From Methanomassiliicoccaceae archaeon (GTDB taxonomy: Archaea > Thermoplasmatota > Thermoplasmata > Methanomassiliicoccales > Methanomassiliicoccaceae), in contig JAXGZN010000001.1 in assembly GCA_040776945.1 (NCBI GenBank), forward strand, positions 384,001 through 448,000: a DNA stretch of 64,000 bases, in the 5' to 3' direction. A model generated the notes under the pieces. It saw nothing but the letters and a program-made list of their open reading frames with translations. It ran no database searches and was not told the origin of the DNA. Positions 47,427 to 56,817 of this stretch are shown in pieces (the stretch's first letter is position 1; every line of letters begins with the position of its first letter). The translations under genes and the position numbers were made by a program.

Positions 47427-47963
47427 ATGACCATCAAGGAAACGGTGCGCCTCGTGGGCAGCCTTATGGAGCTGGCAGCTAGGACTGCCCCCAAGGCCGT
47501 CGGTCAGGACTTCATTGAGGCTAGGTTGCTCGACGATGACGAACGTATCGCGCTGGGCAACGACATGATCTCGATCGGCCGGGAGCGAGGCTCTCCCAAC
47601 TGGGAGCGCGACGGCCAGAACGTGTTGGACTCATCGGCGGTGGTGCTGATCGGGCTCCTGCCTCACAAGGGCGCCGGCCTGAACTGCGGGGCCTGCGGTT
47701 TCAAGACCTGCGCAGAGTTCGAGAAGCATCATGTCGAGGCGGAGTTCGCTGGCCCGAACTGCTCGATCCGCGCCCTCGACCTGGGCATCGCGCTTGGCTC
47801 GGCCGCGAAGGTCGCCTCGGACATGAATGTGGACAACCGCGTAATGTACCGCATCGGGGTGTCCGCCCGGCGCCTTGGCCTTTGTAAGGCGAACATCAGC
47901 CACGGCATACCTCTATCGGCCACGGGCAAGAACATCTTCTTCGACCGGCAGCCTAGGAAGTAG
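47427..47963 (+). CDS. DUF2148-like Fe-S/nitroreductase-fold protein
   Basis: AARTAPKA, LNCGACGFKTC, GPNC...DLGIALGSA, VDNRVMYRIG, KNIFFDR. Confidence 0.8.
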   Translation: MTIKETVRLVGSLMELAARTAPKAVGQDFIEARLLDDDERIALGNDMISIGRERGSPNWERDGQNVLDSSAVVLIGLLPHKGAGLNCGACGFKTCAEFEKHHVEAEFAGPNCSIRALDLGIALGSAAKVASDMNVDNRVMYRIGVSARRLGLCKANISHGIPLSATGKNIFFDRQPRK

Positions 47964-48111
47964 ACCCGGCGGCCTGTCCACGGCAGGGCCTGGTCATGCG
48001 GACCTCGATAGCAAAGGTTGATTAGTAGAAGGGTTTATCTCTTGGGGAATCGGCTCCGTTCAGCCATGCTGCTGGACCATGCCGCGAGCAGTCCACCATT
48101 GGAGGCTTCAT

Positions 48112-48438
48112 TTGACCCAATATGATTCAGAGGAGATGAACGAGGAGATCACCCGATGTCCGTTTCCCAACCGCAAAGAAGGGGAGATGTTCGGGGTAGC
48201 TGACCAGCTCCTGGGCGCATCGCGCATCAAGGTCATGTGCGAGGACGGGACCTCGCGCATGGGCCGCATCCCGGGAAAGATTCGCAAGCGGATGTGGATC
48301 AGGGAGGGGGACCTGCTCATTGTGAAACCATGGGAGTTCCAGGCCGACAAGGCCGATATAATGTACCGGTACACGAAGACCCAGGCCAGTTATCTGCACC
48401 GCCGCAAGGCCATCCCGAAGAACCTAGACGTGTTCTGA
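48112..48438 (+). CDS. eif1a: Translation initiation factor aIF-1A
   Basis: LLGASRIKVMCEDG..RMGRIPGKIRKRMWIREGD; GGAGG SD before a TTG start. Confidence 0.93.
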   Translation: MTQYDSEEMNEEITRCPFPNRKEGEMFGVADQLLGASRIKVMCEDGTSRMGRIPGKIRKRMWIREGDLLIVKPWEFQADKADIMYRYTKTQASYLHRRKAIPKNLDVF

Positions 48439-48451
48439 AAGAAGTGGGGCC

Positions 48452-49228
48452 ATGGTCGAGAAGGAAGCGTTCGAGTCCCTCGAGCACAGGATCATGGCCT
48501 TGCGGGAGAACAGCCGCACCGGGGATGAGCGCAAGACCCTGGACGAGGTGTTCGACCGCGACACCATGCTCGGCATCTACAAGCTGATGACCGACGGGTA
48601 TCTTGATACGATCCAGTACCCGATCTCCACCGGCAAGGAAGGCAATGTCTTTGCGGTGGCGGACGATGAGGGCAAGCTCTTCGCCCTGAAGATCTACCGC
48701 ACCTCGAACGCCACCTTCAACCGAATCGCCAGATACATCGAAGGCGACAAGCGGTTCAAGGGCATTGCAGGCTCCCGGCGCAAGGTCATCTACGCCTGGG
48801 CGAGCAAGGAGTTCCGGAACCTGCAGCGCCTCAAGGATGCCGGGGTTCGGGTCCCGGCGCCAATACGGTATTACCGCAACATGCTGGTCATGGAGTACAT
48901 CGGCACCAAGAGGGGCCCGGCGCCGTTGCTGAGGAACACTTTGCTCGACGACCCGTCGAAGGTCTACATGACCATCGTGGAATACATGCGCCTGGCCTAT
49001 CAAGAGGCTCAGCTGGTCCATGCCGATCTGAGCGAGTACAATATTCTTTATTACAGGAAGAGACCTGTTATAATTGACGTCGGTCAGGCGGTCCTGACCG
49101 AGCACGTGAACGCCAAGGAGTTCCTGCTCCGGGACATCGACAACATCAATAGATATTTCAAGGGCCTCGAGGTCGAGACCATGGACCGGGACGAGGTCTT
49201 CCTCACTGTCACGGGGATACTCAAATGA
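48452..49228 (+). CDS. rio1: RIO1 family serine kinase
   Basis: ISTGKEGNVF, KIYR, KEFRNL, VHADLSEYNIL, IDVGQAV. Confidence 0.93.
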   Translation: MVEKEAFESLEHRIMALRENSRTGDERKTLDEVFDRDTMLGIYKLMTDGYLDTIQYPISTGKEGNVFAVADDEGKLFALKIYRTSNATFNRIARYIEGDKRFKGIAGSRRKVIYAWASKEFRNLQRLKDAGVRVPAPIRYYRNMLVMEYIGTKRGPAPLLRNTLLDDPSKVYMTIVEYMRLAYQEAQLVHADLSEYNILYYRKRPVIIDVGQAVLTEHVNAKEFLLRDIDNINRYFKGLEVETMDRDEVFLTVTGILK

Positions 49229-49761
49229 GATTGGTACGCATTCCGAAGGACCGGGTCGGCGCCCTCATCGGCGCCAACGGCGAGACGAAGGGGATGATCG
49301 AGAAGCGCGCCGGGGTCCGGATGCGCATCGACACCGAGGGAGAGGTGGACATAGAGGACAACCCGCAGGACCCCCTGGCCGCGCTGAAGGTCATGGACCT
49401 GGTGAAGGCTATCGGGCGAGGCTTCTCGCCCCATCGGGCCATGCGCCTGCTGGACGAGGACGAGTATCTAGAGGTCATAGAGCTGGGGGACTTCATCGGC
49501 AAGAGGTCGGACCAACTGTCTAGGGTGCGCTCGAGGCTCATCGGCACCAATGGTAAGACCAGAAGGATCATCGAGGACCTCACCGGAGCTTACATGTCCA
49601 TCTACGGTTCGACGGTCTCGCTCATCGGCAATTCCGTGCAGCTTCCGATCGCCAAGACCGCGGTGGAGATGATCCTCCGGGGCAGCGAGCACGCCACGGT
49701 GTACCGGTACCTGGAGAGGTCTAGGGCAACCCTGCGCATCGCGGAGATGGGTTTCAGCTGA
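49225..49761 (+). CDS. KH-domain RNA-processing protein (Dim2/Pno1-like)
   Basis: RVGALIGANG, AIGRGFSP, RLIGTNGKTR; conserved position after rio1. Confidence 0.9.
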   Translation: MRLVRIPKDRVGALIGANGETKGMIEKRAGVRMRIDTEGEVDIEDNPQDPLAALKVMDLVKAIGRGFSPHRAMRLLDEDEYLEVIELGDFIGKRSDQLSRVRSRLIGTNGKTRRIIEDLTGAYMSIYGSTVSLIGNSVQLPIAKTAVEMILRGSEHATVYRYLERSRATLRIAEMGFS

Positions 49762-49833
49762 TGATAAGGGACTTATAGCCTCGCTCCATAGGCGTTGAAC
49801 ACGAGCTAAGGCTCGCGAGCCCCGAGTGAGACG

Positions 49834-51075
49834 ATGAACGAGATGATCGACCGCGCTGACCGCGCCCTGAAGGCCCATGACCTTTGCGACCACTGCCTCG
49901 GCCGGCTGTTCGCACAGGTGGAGACCGGAACGACCAACGAGGAGCGTGGGCGCGGCATGAGGGCCGCGGTGGCGCTGGAGCGCTCCACTGGGAGTGAGAG
50001 CACGCCGCCGCGCGAGCCGTGCTGGTTGTGCGAGGGCACCTTCGATAGCCTTGAGAGGTACGCTCAGGCGGCCATCGAGAAGCTGGGTACGATAGAGTAC
50101 GATTCGTTCCTTATAGGCACCCGGGTCGATCCGCTGGTGCAGGACCGCGAAGAGAGGCTATGGGCGGACGTCGGTGGGGACAAGGCCGAACCGATAAAGG
50201 CCGAGCTGAACCGCGAGATAGGCAAGATCGTCGAGGCTCGCACCGGCAAGCGGGTGGAGTTCCGCTCCCCGGACGTGGTCGCGATCGTCGACACCCGGTT
50301 CGCCCAGGTCGACCTGGACGTCGCGCCGGTGTTCTTCTACGGCCGTTACCGAAAGCATTCCCGAGAGATCCCCCAGACCCGGTGGCCATGCCGAGCGTGC
50401 CAGGGCAATGGATGCAAGCGATGCGGAGGCACCGGCAAGATGTACCAGATCAGCGTTCAGGAGATCATCGGGGAGGTGTTCCTCCTGGCAGCTGAGGGAA
50501 AGGACCATTTCTTCCACGGCATGGGCCGGGAGGACATCGACGCACGAATGCTGGGCACTGGCCGCCCCTTCGTGCTGGAGATCACGGAGCCTCGGAAGAG
50601 GCACTTGGACCTCGATGTCCTGACGGCGCGGGCGAACGAGAGCGGCAAGGGCCTAGCAGACTTCTCAGGGCTGCGTACTTCCAATCGCGAAGAGGTTCGC
50701 CAGATCAAAAGTGCCGCCCCCGATAAGGTCTACCTTGCGGAGGTCCGTCCTCACGGCAAAGTTAATAAGGGTCGAGTCGATGAGGTAGTTCAATCGCTTA
50801 GTCAGGCGCGTATCACTCAGCAGACGCCAGCCAGGGTCGCCCACCGCCGGGCCGATCTTGCCAGGCAGCGAACGATCCACGACCTCCAGCTGATGGAGTT
50901 CGATGAGGAACGCTTCGTCCTGCGGCTGAGGACGGAGTCCGGGACCTATGTCAAGGAGTTCGTCAGCGGGGACAACGGGCGCACCGTTCCCAGCATCTCA
51001 GAGGCGCTAGGAGTGCCCTGCGTGGTCACCGCGCTCGATGTCATACAAGTGATCGATAACGCTAACGAGGGATGA
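49834..51075 (+). CDS. pus10: tRNA pseudouridine(54/55) synthase Pus10
   Basis: LCDHCLGRLF, GRYRK..REIPQTRW, GREDIDARMLG.GRPF, QQTPARV.HRRAD, GTYVKEFVSGD.GRT. Confidence 0.93.
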   Translation: MNEMIDRADRALKAHDLCDHCLGRLFAQVETGTTNEERGRGMRAAVALERSTGSESTPPREPCWLCEGTFDSLERYAQAAIEKLGTIEYDSFLIGTRVDPLVQDREERLWADVGGDKAEPIKAELNREIGKIVEARTGKRVEFRSPDVVAIVDTRFAQVDLDVAPVFFYGRYRKHSREIPQTRWPCRACQGNGCKRCGGTGKMYQISVQEIIGEVFLLAAEGKDHFFHGMGREDIDARMLGTGRPFVLEITEPRKRHLDLDVLTARANESGKGLADFSGLRTSNREEVRQIKSAAPDKVYLAEVRPHGKVNKGRVDEVVQSLSQARITQQTPARVAHRRADLARQRTIHDLQLMEFDEERFVLRLRTESGTYVKEFVSGDNGRTVPSISEALGVPCVVTALDVIQVIDNANEG

Positions 51076-51078
51076 TAT

Positions 51079-51372
51079 ATGGTACAGGCTTCCAGAGGCT
51101 TCAGGCGCAAGACGCGCAACATACTTAGCAAGTCTCCCCGCAACAGGGGGATGACCCCTATCACTCACGAGTTCCGCGAGTTCGAGGTCGGGGAGAAGGT
51201 CAGCGTGGTCATCGATCCCGCTATCCACCACGGTATGCCGCACATGCGCTTTCAAGGGAAGACCGGAGTCGTCACCGGCAAGCAGGGCCGCGCCTTCGTG
51301 GTCGACCTTTACGTCGGCAACAAGCTGAAGACCGTGGTCACCCGGCCAGAGCACCTCAAGAAGGCATTCTGA
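51079..51372 (+). CDS. rpl21e: 50S ribosomal protein L21e
   Basis: SRGFRRKTR, IDPAIHHGMPHMRFQGKTG, RPEHL. Confidence 0.96.
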   Translation: MVQASRGFRRKTRNILSKSPRNRGMTPITHEFREFEVGEKVSVVIDPAIHHGMPHMRFQGKTGVVTGKQGRAFVVDLYVGNKLKTVVTRPEHLKKAF

Positions 51373-51382
51373 GGCGATGAGG

Positions 51383-51703
51383 ATGCCTGAAGAGCGCTAC
51401 GTGACCTTGGCAGAGGTCAAGCAGCTGCTGGAAGAGGCGAGCGAGGGCAGAGAGCTGACCCCCGATCAGAAGTTGGCCATGGACCACGCCCAGAAGGTCG
51501 CCGCCCTGACCCCCGGGAAGGCTCGCGAGCTGCAGGCCGACCTCAAGAAGCTGGGGTTCGTGTCCGATGCCCTGTGTGCGAAGATCGCCGATGTGCTCCC
51601 GACGCACAGCGATGATGTGCGTGTCCTGTTTTCCAAGGAGCGCATGGTGTTGGACAAGAAGAATATAGAACTGATACTATCTACCGTTGAGAAGTATCTG
51701 TAA
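51383..51703 (+). CDS. rpoF: RNA polymerase subunit F (Rpo4)
   Basis: YVTLAEVKQLL...KIADVLP..DDVRVLF; canonical position after L21e. Confidence 0.9.
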   Translation: MPEERYVTLAEVKQLLEEASEGRELTPDQKLAMDHAQKVAALTPGKARELQADLKKLGFVSDALCAKIADVLPTHSDDVRVLFSKERMVLDKKNIELILSTVEKYL

Positions 51704-51725
51704 ACCCCTTAAGGCGGTCGATCAC

Positions 51726-52274
51726 ATGGAAGACTACGCGCTGATATTAGATTATTTACCTCAGGGCATCCCCACTGAGAAGACCTTTCGCAGGGAGCCC
51801 TCGGCCTACGCCGTTGGAGAGAGCGAGTTCAAGTTGTTTGAGCTCGTTCCCAAGAACGACGCGGTCATCGTCATAGGTGATCGGGTCTATATCGGCAAGG
51901 AGCCCTCCCTCCGGGACAAGATCGCTCATGTCAAGAGGCGTGTCGGATACGAGGAGCTGACCGCTGCCGCACAGGCCGAGCTGCCGTTCATTCTGCAGGA
52001 CATAGCAAAGCAGCAGGAATCAAGGTTCATGAAGTTCTTCAACGAGGCGCAGGCCATCACCACCAGGTTCCACATGCTCGAGCTCATCCCCGGCCTGGGA
52101 AAGAAGACGATGTGGGCCGTCCTGGAGGAACGCAAGAAGGGTCCGTTCACCAACTACGAGGACCTGACGAAGCGCGTTCCGGCGCTGAAGCATCCCCATA
52201 AGATCATCGCCAAGCGCATCGAGGACGAGCTCTCCGACCCATCACAGAAGTATCACATCTTCGTGTCCAGGTGA
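51726..52274 (+). CDS. DUF655 putative RNA-binding protein
   Basis: EDYALILDYLPQG, FFNEAQAITTRFHMLELIPGLGKK; canonical synteny. Confidence 0.9.
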   Translation: MEDYALILDYLPQGIPTEKTFRREPSAYAVGESEFKLFELVPKNDAVIVIGDRVYIGKEPSLRDKIAHVKRRVGYEELTAAAQAELPFILQDIAKQQESRFMKFFNEAQAITTRFHMLELIPGLGKKTMWAVLEERKKGPFTNYEDLTKRVPALKHPHKIIAKRIEDELSDPSQKYHIFVSR

Positions 52275-52330
52275 TCGGGCCCGAGGTAAGGCTCGATCGG
52301 TTAGGCCGTTAAGGGGTTACGAGGGATATC

Positions 52331-53134
52331 ATGAACCCAAGCGAGATCAAGGAGGTCCTTGCCCGCCTGGGGGCGTCGCCGAGCAAGGGGATGGGGCAGA
52401 ACTTCCTCATAGACGATCGCGTCGCCGAGCGCCAGGTGGAGGCTGCCGGGATATGTCCCGATGACATCGTCCTTGAGGTCGGTCCAGGCCTGGGAGTGCT
52501 CACGGATAGGCTCGCGGCAAGGGCCAAGAAGGTCATCGCCATCGAGATGGACCGCAGACTGGCCGCGAACCTCGGGCCCGCTCTGCCTGAGAACGTCGAG
52601 CTCGTGGTCGGCGATGCGCTCGAGGTGCCGTTCCCAAGGTTCGACATTTTCGTGTCCAATCTTCCCTATTCGATCTCCTCGCCCATTGTCTTCAAGCTCC
52701 TGGACCATGAGTTCAAGAGGGCGGTGGTGATGCTGCAGAAGGAGTTCGCCGATCGCATGGTGGCTAGGCCGGGCACCGATGACTACTCCCGCCTCACCGT
52801 CAACGTCTTCTATCGGGCGGAGTGCCGCATCATCGAGAAGGTACCGCGCTCTCGGTTCTGGCCTATGCCCAAGGTGGACTCGGCGGTGGTCGAACTGGCG
52901 CCTCGTCCCGCACCGTTCCGCGTTGAGGACGAGGGACTGTTCTTCCAATTGGTCGAGGTCCTTTTTCAGCAGCGCCGTAAGAAGATCGGCACGGTGCTGA
53001 GGACGAGGGGGCTCATCACCTCGGAGGCGCGCTCCCGAGTGCCTTACGTTGAGCTGAGGGTCGAGGCGCTGTCACCGATGCAGATCGGGGAGGTGGCAGA
53101 TGCGGTGCACGCTCTCAGGGTTAAAAAGAAATAA
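52331..53134 (+). CDS. rsmA: 16S rRNA adenine dimethyltransferase KsgA/RsmA
   Basis: GQNFLID, VLEVGPGLGVLT, SNLPYSIS, QKEFADR. Confidence 0.95.
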   Translation: MNPSEIKEVLARLGASPSKGMGQNFLIDDRVAERQVEAAGICPDDIVLEVGPGLGVLTDRLAARAKKVIAIEMDRRLAANLGPALPENVELVVGDALEVPFPRFDIFVSNLPYSISSPIVFKLLDHEFKRAVVMLQKEFADRMVARPGTDDYSRLTVNVFYRAECRIIEKVPRSRFWPMPKVDSAVVELAPRPAPFRVEDEGLFFQLVEVLFQQRRKKIGTVLRTRGLITSEARSRVPYVELRVEALSPMQIGEVADAVHALRVKKK

Positions 53135-53168
53135 TATGTGCTCGCGTACGTGCTACAAGGCGGATGCC

Positions 53169-53948
53169 ATGTTCGGTGCTCGAGCCGTAGGGGAGAAGCT
53201 GACCACGGCCGCGAGGCTGGCCGGAAGGGCGGTATGTGTGATCGGTTCCGAGGACCCTTTTCCCGGATCGGGACGTCTCGGCAAGGTGGACCGGTGCATA
53301 GCCCGCGTAGTGTGCAACATCGCTCTGGACAGGAAGGCGGGACCGGTCACGTTCGGTCTCCATGCCAAGGAAGGGATATGCCCGGGAGGGCAAATGTGGT
53401 GCGGCCTCGCCGCAGCCTCCCCGATGCTCAAGTTCTTCCTCTCCACCGGCACGCCGGAGTTCATGGGAGGGGCGGCCGAGCATCTGAAGCCGACCCCGGA
53501 GGCGGCGGAAAGGTTCCTCATGGCCCCAGGAAGGATCACGCTGCCCGGAAGATACCTGAGCCTGGCCGGCCACGATGTTGTGGAGGACGATGCAGAGGTT
53601 CTTTCCCTCGTCCTCTTCGGCACCGCGGAGTCTATGCGCAACCTTAGCGGCCTTGTACATTATGTGTCGGATGACATCTTCACAGCGGTGCTTATGCCTG
53701 GAGGAGCTTCCTGTGCATCGATGATCACCTACGCTGCCGGGATGGCCGAGAGGGCTCCGAAGAACGCCGCGTACATCGGCCCCGTCGATCCGACAGGCAA
53801 CGCCTGGCTTCCCGGAGACCTGATGTCCATGGCCTTGCCCATGCCTCTGGCCAGGAAGATGGCCGAGAACGTTGACCGGTCGTTCCTTGGGAAGCGGTCC
53901 GGAGTGGCCTTCCCCGAGAAAAGGCTCGAGGGGAACGAGAGGAGATAG
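53169..53948 (+). CDS. DUF169-like protein
   Basis: ICPGGQMWCG, GGASCASMI, GPVDPTG pattern. Start uncertain (53136 is possible). Confidence 0.65.
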   Translation: MFGARAVGEKLTTAARLAGRAVCVIGSEDPFPGSGRLGKVDRCIARVVCNIALDRKAGPVTFGLHAKEGICPGGQMWCGLAAASPMLKFFLSTGTPEFMGGAAEHLKPTPEAAERFLMAPGRITLPGRYLSLAGHDVVEDDAEVLSLVLFGTAESMRNLSGLVHYVSDDIFTAVLMPGGASCASMITYAAGMAERAPKNAAYIGPVDPTGNAWLPGDLMSMALPMPLARKMAENVDRSFLGKRSGVAFPEKRLEGNERR

Positions 53949-53950
53949 CG

Positions 53951-55492
53951 CTATCTGCCCTTCAGTGCCTTCCGGAGCTTGAGCATGGCCCGCATCCTGG
54001 TCGCGATGCCACGCCCGTACAGCAGGTCCAGGAGACCATGGCCCTCGGCCATGTTCTCCATGCGGTAGGGATGCCACCATACCTCCTTCGGGAACCTTCC
54101 CTTGTCGATGTGCACGTGGTGCGGCTCCATCAGCTCCGCGAACCCTTCCGCCCCATGCGTCCGGCCGAAACCGGTCATGCCCTGGCCCCCCCAGGGTGTC
54201 ATGGGGAGGCCATAGGTGTAGGAGACGTTGTTCACCACCACCGTCCCCCCTCTCAGCCGTTCCGCTATGCTGCGGGCCCGCTTGATGTCCCGGGACCACA
54301 CCGAGCCGGAGAGGGCGTAGGGAGAGCAGTTCGCCAGGCCGATGGCCTCTTCGTCGGAGGTGAACCTGTTCACCGTGAGGATCGGTCCAAACACCTCTTC
54401 CTGCACTGCCCTGGAGGATTGAGGCACGTCCACGACCACCGTCGGCTCATAGAACGTGCCTTGGACCCCCTCAGGCCTCCTCCCTCCGACCAGGACCGTG
54501 CCTCCGTCCATGACCGCCACGCTTACCATCTCCTCCGCGCTCCGCAGCGCGGCCTCGTTGAACAGAGGTCCGACGTCCGCATCATCCCCCACTCCCAGCC
54601 TTAGGGCGGAAACACGGTTTTTTAAAAGCTCCAGGAATCGGTCACGGACCATCTCGTGCACATACACCCTTTTCACGCACGTGCAGGTCTGCCCAGCGTT
54701 GACGAATGCTCCCCAGGCCACGCCGTCGGCGGCCCTTTCAAGGTCCGCGTCCTCGAGAATGATGCAGGGGTCCTTTCCTCCCAGTTCCAGGGTGACCGGT
54801 GTAAGCCTCTGGGAGGCCAGGGCCATGACCTGCTTGCCGGCCTCGGAGGACCCGGTGAACACGATGCGGTCCACCCCAGATGTGACCAGTTCCCGGCCAT
54901 GGTCATCGCCTCCAAGGAACGTCTGCACTAAGCGTCCGGGCAGGCCGCTTTCATCGAACAACCTCTGCATGGCCATCGCCGTCAACGGCGTCTCCGGCGA
55001 CGGCTTGATGATGACCGCGTTCCCGGCGGCCAGGGCCATGACCGTCTGCGAGTATGGGATGGCCAAAGGATAGTTCCAAGGTGAGATGACGCCGATGACG
55101 CCCAGCGGCCGGTTCTGGATGTAGGAGAGGCGGCCCATGTACCACATCATGGGCCCCATGCTCTCGAACCTCACCCGGCGAGGGGCGAAAAGCTTCCTCA
55201 ATGAGCGTATGGAGTGGTCGGCCGCGACCAGAGAGGTGAGGACGTCGGTCCCCACCGCCTCCAGGGATAGTTTACCGGTCTCCTTGGATATCAGGTCGGC
55301 AAAGCTCTCCCAGCGCTCGAGGAGCAGGTCTCGCGACCTGATGAGCACGACCTTCCTTTTTTCCAAAGGCCAGGAGGCCCACTCCTCCTGCGCGTCCCTG
55401 GCCATCTGGACCATCGGCCCGATATTGCAGAGCTTTGCCCCTGGTTCGTCCTCGAACCCTTTCATGATCATTGGCTTCTCAGTAATGGTCAT
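53951..55492 (-). CDS. NAD-dependent aldehyde dehydrogenase
   Basis: ISPWNYP, KPSPETP, FTGS, LELGGKD, NAGQTC, EEVFGP. Confidence 0.93.
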   Translation of the reverse strand: MTITEKPMIMKGFEDEPGAKLCNIGPMVQMARDAQEEWASWPLEKRKVVLIRSRDLLLERWESFADLISKETGKLSLEAVGTDVLTSLVAADHSIRSLRKLFAPRRVRFESMGPMMWYMGRLSYIQNRPLGVIGVISPWNYPLAIPYSQTVMALAAGNAVIIKPSPETPLTAMAMQRLFDESGLPGRLVQTFLGGDDHGRELVTSGVDRIVFTGSSEAGKQVMALASQRLTPVTLELGGKDPCIILEDADLERAADGVAWGAFVNAGQTCTCVKRVYVHEMVRDRFLELLKNRVSALRLGVGDDADVGPLFNEAALRSAEEMVSVAVMDGGTVLVGGRRPEGVQGTFYEPTVVVDVPQSSRAVQEEVFGPILTVNRFTSDEEAIGLANCSPYALSGSVWSRDIKRARSIAERLRGGTVVVNNVSYTYGLPMTPWGGQGMTGFGRTHGAEGFAELMEPHHVHIDKGRFPKEVWWHPYRMENMAEGHGLLDLLYGRGIATRMRAMLKLRKALKGR

Positions 55493-55626
55493 CGAGCGGC
55501 ACATCCTTGGGCCGAGCCGGCCGGCACGGCACCTTGGGAAGGCCATTCTGCTTCAAATAGCTTCAGCCCTGCCCCCTGGATGTAAGCGTTATCTATGGCC
55601 CGGCCCATTCCTTTGAACGGTCTGAT

Positions 55627-56817
55627 ATGCAGATAGGCATCGTCGGCAAACCGAACGTGGGCAAGTCCACGTTCTTCTGCGGAGCCACCTTGGCAAACGT
55701 GGAGATCGCTAACTATCCGTTCACCACCATAAAGGCAAATAGAGGAGTGGCGTTCGTCAGGGGGCGCTGCCCTCACCTTGACTTCAACACCAAGTGCGTT
55801 CCCCGGAACGCGGGATGCGATGGTGGAACGAGGATGATACCCGTGGAGCTTCTGGACGTTGCCGGCCTGGTGCCTGACGCCTGGCAGGGCAGGGGTCTTG
55901 GCAACCAGTTCTTGGACGACCTCAGACAGGCCAGCGCCCTCATCCACGTAGTAGATGCCTCAGGCTCCACGGACCTGGAGGGGAACCCGGTGCCTCAGGG
56001 CTCTCACGACCCAGTCGAGGACATCCTCTTCCTGGAGAGGGAGATCTCCTTCTGGATAAGAGGGATACTGGAGAAAGGCTGGGAGAAGGCCGCCCGCCAG
56101 GCGCACATGACTGGCCAGTCCATGGTGCCGATCGTTCACGACCGGCTCACCGGGCTCGGGGTCAGCGAGGCCCAGGTGCTTGCCGCGATCCGCGATTCGG
56201 GGCTTCCGGAGAACGCCATGGCCTGGGGTCCGGAGGAGCTGCTGCGGCTCTCGGATGCCGTCCGCAAGTGCTCCAAGCCCATGGTAATAGCTCTCAACAA
56301 GGCCGACCTGGCCGACGACGCCGTGCTTGAGCGTCTTACGGAGGCCGCTGGCGGCATAGCCGTGCTCACCATGGCCGAGGGCGAGCTGGCGCTGAAGAGA
56401 GCAGCGAAGGCGAACCTCGTGGACTATCATCCGGGGGATGATAGGTTCAGCATACTCGAGCCGTCAAAGCTTAACCCCAATCAGGCCAGGGCGCTGTCTA
56501 AGATCGCGGGGTCCCTGCAGCGGCTCCAAGGCACTGGAGTGCAGAGGTGCCTGGAAAAGGCTGCGTACGAGCTCCTGGACCTGATCATCGTTTACCCAGT
56601 GGAGGATGAGACGAAGCTCACCGACCATGATGGAAGGGTGCTTCCCGACGCCTTCTTGGTCCCCAGGGGAACGACCGCCAGGGGGTTGGCGTACAAGGTC
56701 CACACTGACCTGGGGGAAAGCTTTATCCGAGCGATCAACGTCAGAACTCACCGAACGGTCGGCAGCGACTACGTGCTGCAGAACAATGACGTCCTGACGA
56801 TCGTTTCCAGGAAGTGA
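55627..56817 (+). CDS. ychF: YchF/Obg-family translation-associated NTPase
   Basis: GKPNVGKST, NYPFTTI, DVAGLV, NKAD, C-terminal TGS domain. Confidence 0.93.
   Translation: MQIGIVGKPNVGKSTFFCGATLANVEIANYPFTTIKANRGVAFVRGRCPHLDFNTKCVPRNAGCDGGTRMIPVELLDVAGLVPDAWQGRGLGNQFLDDLRQASALIHVVDASGSTDLEGNPVPQGSHDPVEDILFLEREISFWIRGILEKGWEKAARQAHMTGQSMVPIVHDRLTGLGVSEAQVLAAIRDSGLPENAMAWGPEELLRLSDAVRKCSKPMVIALNKADLADDAVLERLTEAAGGIAVLTMAEGELALKRAAKANLVDYHPGDDRFSILEPSKLNPNQARALSKIAGSLQRLQGTGVQRCLEKAAYELLDLIIVYPVEDETKLTDHDGRVLPDAFLVPRGTTARGLAYKVHTDLGESFIRAINVRTHRTVGSDYVLQNNDVLTIVSRK

Noticed and set aside
48112-53134. aIF-1A to ksgA cluster as a novel system
   Set aside because: These are well-known conserved archaeal translation and ribosome-biogenesis neighbourhoods.
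53121-54299. Long alternative ORFs (this 392-aa frame, also 57120-58124, 9307-10113, 13620-14384)
   Set aside because: Antisense shadows of real genes in GC-rich DNA, with no motifs.
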